Below are positions 61,599-64,000 of a DNA stretch of 64,000 bases, in pieces (position 1 is the stretch's first letter; each line of letters opens with the position of its first letter). The notes beneath the pieces were generated by a model. That model did no database searches. It had not been told where the DNA came from and was given only the letters and a program-made list of their open reading frames with translations. The position numbers and the translations under genes were made by a program. Origin of the DNA: Thermoanaerobaculia bacterium (GTDB lineage Bacteria > Acidobacteriota > Thermoanaerobaculia > Multivoradales > UBA5704); assembly GCA_035536455.1 (NCBI GenBank), contig DATLOC010000010.1, positions 65,544 to 129,543 on the forward strand, in the 5' to 3' direction.

Positions 61599-62168
61599 AT
61601 GGGTATGGGAACGCTCTCTGCCGATCAGATTGCCCAGCTCGGTCTCGCCGGCGTAGGTACCGACGTCGCGATCAGCGATCGCTGCTCGATCTACGGCGCC
61701 GGCTCGATCAGCATCGGAGACCACGTGCGGATCGACGACTTCGCCATCCTCACCGCGCGCGAGCCGGTGGCCATCGGCTCTTACGTCCACATCTCCGCGT
61801 TCGCCTTCCTGAGCGGTCCGTTCGGCCTCGTCATCGAAGACTTCGTCAACGTCGGGCCGCGGGCCGCGCTGCTCTCGGGAAACGACGACTTCTCGGGTCA
61901 ATGGCTTCCCGGCCCGGTCGTCCCGGAGGAGCTGCGCAACGTACAGGGAGGTTGCATCCACCTCGAGCGGCACACCATCGTGGGGACGCATAGCGTCGTC
62001 CTCCGCGGGGTGAGCTTCGGCGAAGGGGCGGTCGTTGGTGCCCTCTCGCTGGTCAAGGAGTCGCTCGCCCCTTGGGGAATCTATGGCGGGATTCCTGCGC
62101 GGCTAATCCGACCGCGTGGCCGCGGACCTCGAGAGCTTGCGGCTCGCCTCACCACAGGATCGGCCTAG
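61599..62168 (+). CDS. Left-handed beta-helix (hexapeptide-repeat) acetyltransferase (WbbJ/PglD-like sugar O-/N-acetyltransferase)
   Basis: Repeated [LIV]GxxxxI hexapeptides (ISDRCSIYGAGSISIGDHVRIDDFAIL..., IVGTHSVVLRGVSFGEGAVVGALSLV). Confidence 0.75.
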   Translation: MGMGTLSADQIAQLGLAGVGTDVAISDRCSIYGAGSISIGDHVRIDDFAILTAREPVAIGSYVHISAFAFLSGPFGLVIEDFVNVGPRAALLSGNDDFSGQWLPGPVVPEELRNVQGGCIHLERHTIVGTHSVVLRGVSFGEGAVVGALSLVKESLAPWGIYGGIPARLIRPRGRGPRELAARLTTGSA

Positions 62169-62244
62169 AGGGGTAAGCGGCCGCAGGCTCCCTCCCGGCC
62201 TCGTTTCGGAGGCCGGGAGGGGATGCGAAACAGCTCGCTTGGCC

Positions 62245-63162
62245 CTACTGCTCGCCGCCCGCGGTGAGGGGCGGGACGATGACGGCGTCGGAGTCGTTGT
62301 TCCCGAACGAGAAGCAGTTGACGCCGGCCGTAGTCACGGCGGTCGTATTGCCGGAGAAACTGCTGCGGCCGACACGGACGGTGCCGTTCGAACAGACGAT
62401 CCCGGTCAAATTGTTGGCTACCGTGCTTCCCTCGATGTTCAGCACCGCGCTGCCGTTGACGACCGAGAAGCCGGCGGCCGAGTTGCCCGCGGCGACGCTG
62501 TTCTTCACCGAGGCCGTAGAATTGCCTTGATTCTTGAAGCCGAAGACGTTGTGCTCCATCCGAACGTTGTCGAGCGAGGCCTTCACGACGGCGCTGCCGG
62601 TAGGGTTCACGAAGATGCCGCCGCCGGTGCCCTGGCCGTTGTTGCGCACGATCGTGTCCTTGATGTAAACCTGGGTGGTGCCGGCCGCGGTCGTCGCGAT
62701 CTCGATCCCCGAGCCGTTGGCCCCGCGGAAATTGTTGACCGTGCACTTCTCGACGTGAAGGGACGCCAGGGCGCCGAGCGCCTTGATGCCCACCAGGCCC
62801 GTGCCCAACCCCTCGATGTCGAGGCCGCGCAGCACCACGTGGCTGGTCGACGTGGCGTTGATGACGATGGCGTTGGTGCCGGACACCAGCACGCCGGCCT
62901 CAAAGCCTTCGCTGGAGATGGTGATCGACTTGGTGATCGTCACCCCGCCGAAGCCACCGGGATCGAGGACGTTGATCTCTCCCGCGGTCGCGGTCTTCGA
63001 GATGGCGCCCGCAAAGGTCTTGCAGGGTGCCGTCCGACTGCAGGGGTTGGCGTCGTCGCCGACGCCCGAGACCCAGGTACGGGTCGCCTGCGCCTGCGCG
63101 GACGCGGGAAGAAGGACCAGAAGGGCCGCGATCGCGGCGAGACACAGCACAGCTCTCTTCAT
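62245..63162 (-). CDS. Secreted right-handed parallel beta-helix (pectate-lyase-fold) protein
   Basis: ATG at 63162 with AAAGGAGAG SD. Signal MKRAVLCLAAIAALLVLLPASAQA. N/G/T/S-rich beta-helix repeats (VKNSVAAGNSAAGFSVVNGSAVLNIEGSTVANN). Confidence 0.7.
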   Translation of the reverse strand: MKRAVLCLAAIAALLVLLPASAQAQATRTWVSGVGDDANPCSRTAPCKTFAGAISKTATAGEINVLDPGGFGGVTITKSITISSEGFEAGVLVSGTNAIVINATSTSHVVLRGLDIEGLGTGLVGIKALGALASLHVEKCTVNNFRGANGSGIEIATTAAGTTQVYIKDTIVRNNGQGTGGGIFVNPTGSAVVKASLDNVRMEHNVFGFKNQGNSTASVKNSVAAGNSAAGFSVVNGSAVLNIEGSTVANNLTGIVCSNGTVRVGRSSFSGNTTAVTTAGVNCFSFGNNDSDAVIVPPLTAGGEQ

Positions 63163-63246
63163 TTGGAACTCTCCTTTGCTTAATCCAATGAGCATAAGTG
63201 GTTGAGCGCCGACGGGTTAAGGGCGCACCATACCACAGGTTGGAGC

Positions 63247-64000
63247 TCAGATGCGTCCCGCCGCGATCTCGCGTTCCACCCAGGGAATGACCTCGTCGAG
63301 TACCGTGGAAAGCGTCGTGGTGGCCTCGAAGCCCAGCGCCTCCCGAGCCTTCCGAGTCTCCGGCACCCGCATCTGCACGTCGTGGGGGAAGGGCGGGTCG
63401 GAGACGTGGCGGAACGGCTTCCCGTGGCCGTGGACCTTGTGCCAGATCAGCTCGGCCAGGTCGAGCACGGTGGTGGAGACCGGCGTCGAGAGGTTGAAGT
63501 CCTCGTTTTCGGCCGCCGGATGCAGCATCGCCGTGAGGATCCCTCGGGCCAAGTCGCCGCCGTACGTGTAGCAGCGCACCTGATTGCCGGCGCCGAGGAC
63601 GTGGAGCGGGTCCTGTCCCTTGAGCACCTTCTGCACCAGGTCGGGCACGACGTGGCTCATCGCCAGCTTGACGTTGCCGCTGCGAATCTCCTTGTCCCCC
63701 AGGGCGCGGCCTTCGCCGATGCCGACGCAGTTGAACGGGCGGCAGATGGTGAAGGGGAGCCGATACTGCTCCCAGGCACCGCGGGCGAAGTACTCGCAGG
63801 CCAGCTTCTGGAAGCCGTAGGTGCTGGAAGGCGGTGGACACTGCCGCTCGTGCCCCTCGGGGCTGGGGAAGACCGTGGCGTTCTCGAACACCATGCTGCT
63901 CGAGAGCACCGTGATCTTCTGCAGGCGGTGATGGCGATGAGCGTGAAGGGCGGCGTCGAACGCCGTCGCCGTGATGCGCTCATTCTCGGCCAGCAGGTCG
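63247..64000 (-). CDS. NAD-dependent epimerase/dehydratase (extended SDR). C-terminal part only; the 5' end lies beyond the window.
   Basis: The frame stays open to the window edge (...LHAHRHHRLQKITVLSSSMVFEN...). Motifs ...CRPFNCVGIGE...VPDLVQKVLKGQDPLHVLGAGNQVRCYTYGGDLARGI are typical of sugar-nucleotide epimerases/reductases. Confidence 0.8.
   Translation of the reverse strand, partial: DLLAENERITATAFDAALHAHRHHRLQKITVLSSSMVFENATVFPSPEGHERQCPPPSSTYGFQKLACEYFARGAWEQYRLPFTICRPFNCVGIGEGRALGDKEIRSGNVKLAMSHVVPDLVQKVLKGQDPLHVLGAGNQVRCYTYGGDLARGILTAMLHPAAENEDFNLSTPVSTTVLDLAELIWHKVHGHGKPFRHVSDPPFPHDVQMRVPETRKAREALGFEATTTLSTVLDEVIPWVEREIAAGRI

Overview
This is a high-GC (about 68-70%) bacterial chromosomal segment. 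Codon bias and gene content suggest a Myxococcota- or Acidobacteriota-like Gram-negative, but lineage is a low-confidence guess. I read it as four blocks.

(1) 1-7.4 kb: a truncated thioredoxin/deiodinase-like gene, a lower-GC hypothetical gene, a yefM/yoeB toxin-antitoxin pair, recQ, and a Ser/Thr kinase with a TM segment and C-terminal TPR.

(2) 7.6-17.1 kb: an NLR/caspase-type conflict island, and the most unusual part of the window. A plus-strand CHAT-like peptidase + STAND NTPase + TM + kinesin-light-chain-type TPR gene is broken by two apparent frameshifts. It converges on a minus-strand operon encoding a C14 caspase and a CHAT-NACHT protein whose NACHT winged-helix region carries a roughly 380-aa multi-TM insertion. 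That NACHT is itself split at an ATGCCTGA stop/start overlap.

(3) 17-43 kb: a BNR beta-propeller lipoprotein, a DUF4097-like secreted protein, uvrB, a methyltransferase and dodecin. Then comes a decayed IS110 transposase with two frameshifts, and a low-GC cassette pairing a membrane-anchored protein with a PD-(D/E)xK nuclease. Next is an array of about 14 tandem repeats of roughly 21 bp with a GAAGCTTC palindromic core. It sits between a small basic coiled-coil protein gene and an XRE regulator gene. After that come a USP, PBP1A, higBA, the rpsF-rpsR-rplI and pth-rplY-prs-tRNA-Gln-spoVG housekeeping block, and a secreted TPR protein.

(4) 43-64 kb: an MshEN/GspE-N domain protein followed by a roughly 20 kb glycan (O-antigen/EPS-type) biosynthesis cluster. 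It holds many GT2/GT4 glycosyltransferases, four methyltransferases, a sulfotransferase-GT4 fusion, a DegT aminotransferase, an LbH acetyltransferase, FG-GAP and beta-helix secreted proteins, and a partial epimerase at the window edge.

All five apparent frameshifts fall in defense or mobile genes. None fall in housekeeping or glycan genes.
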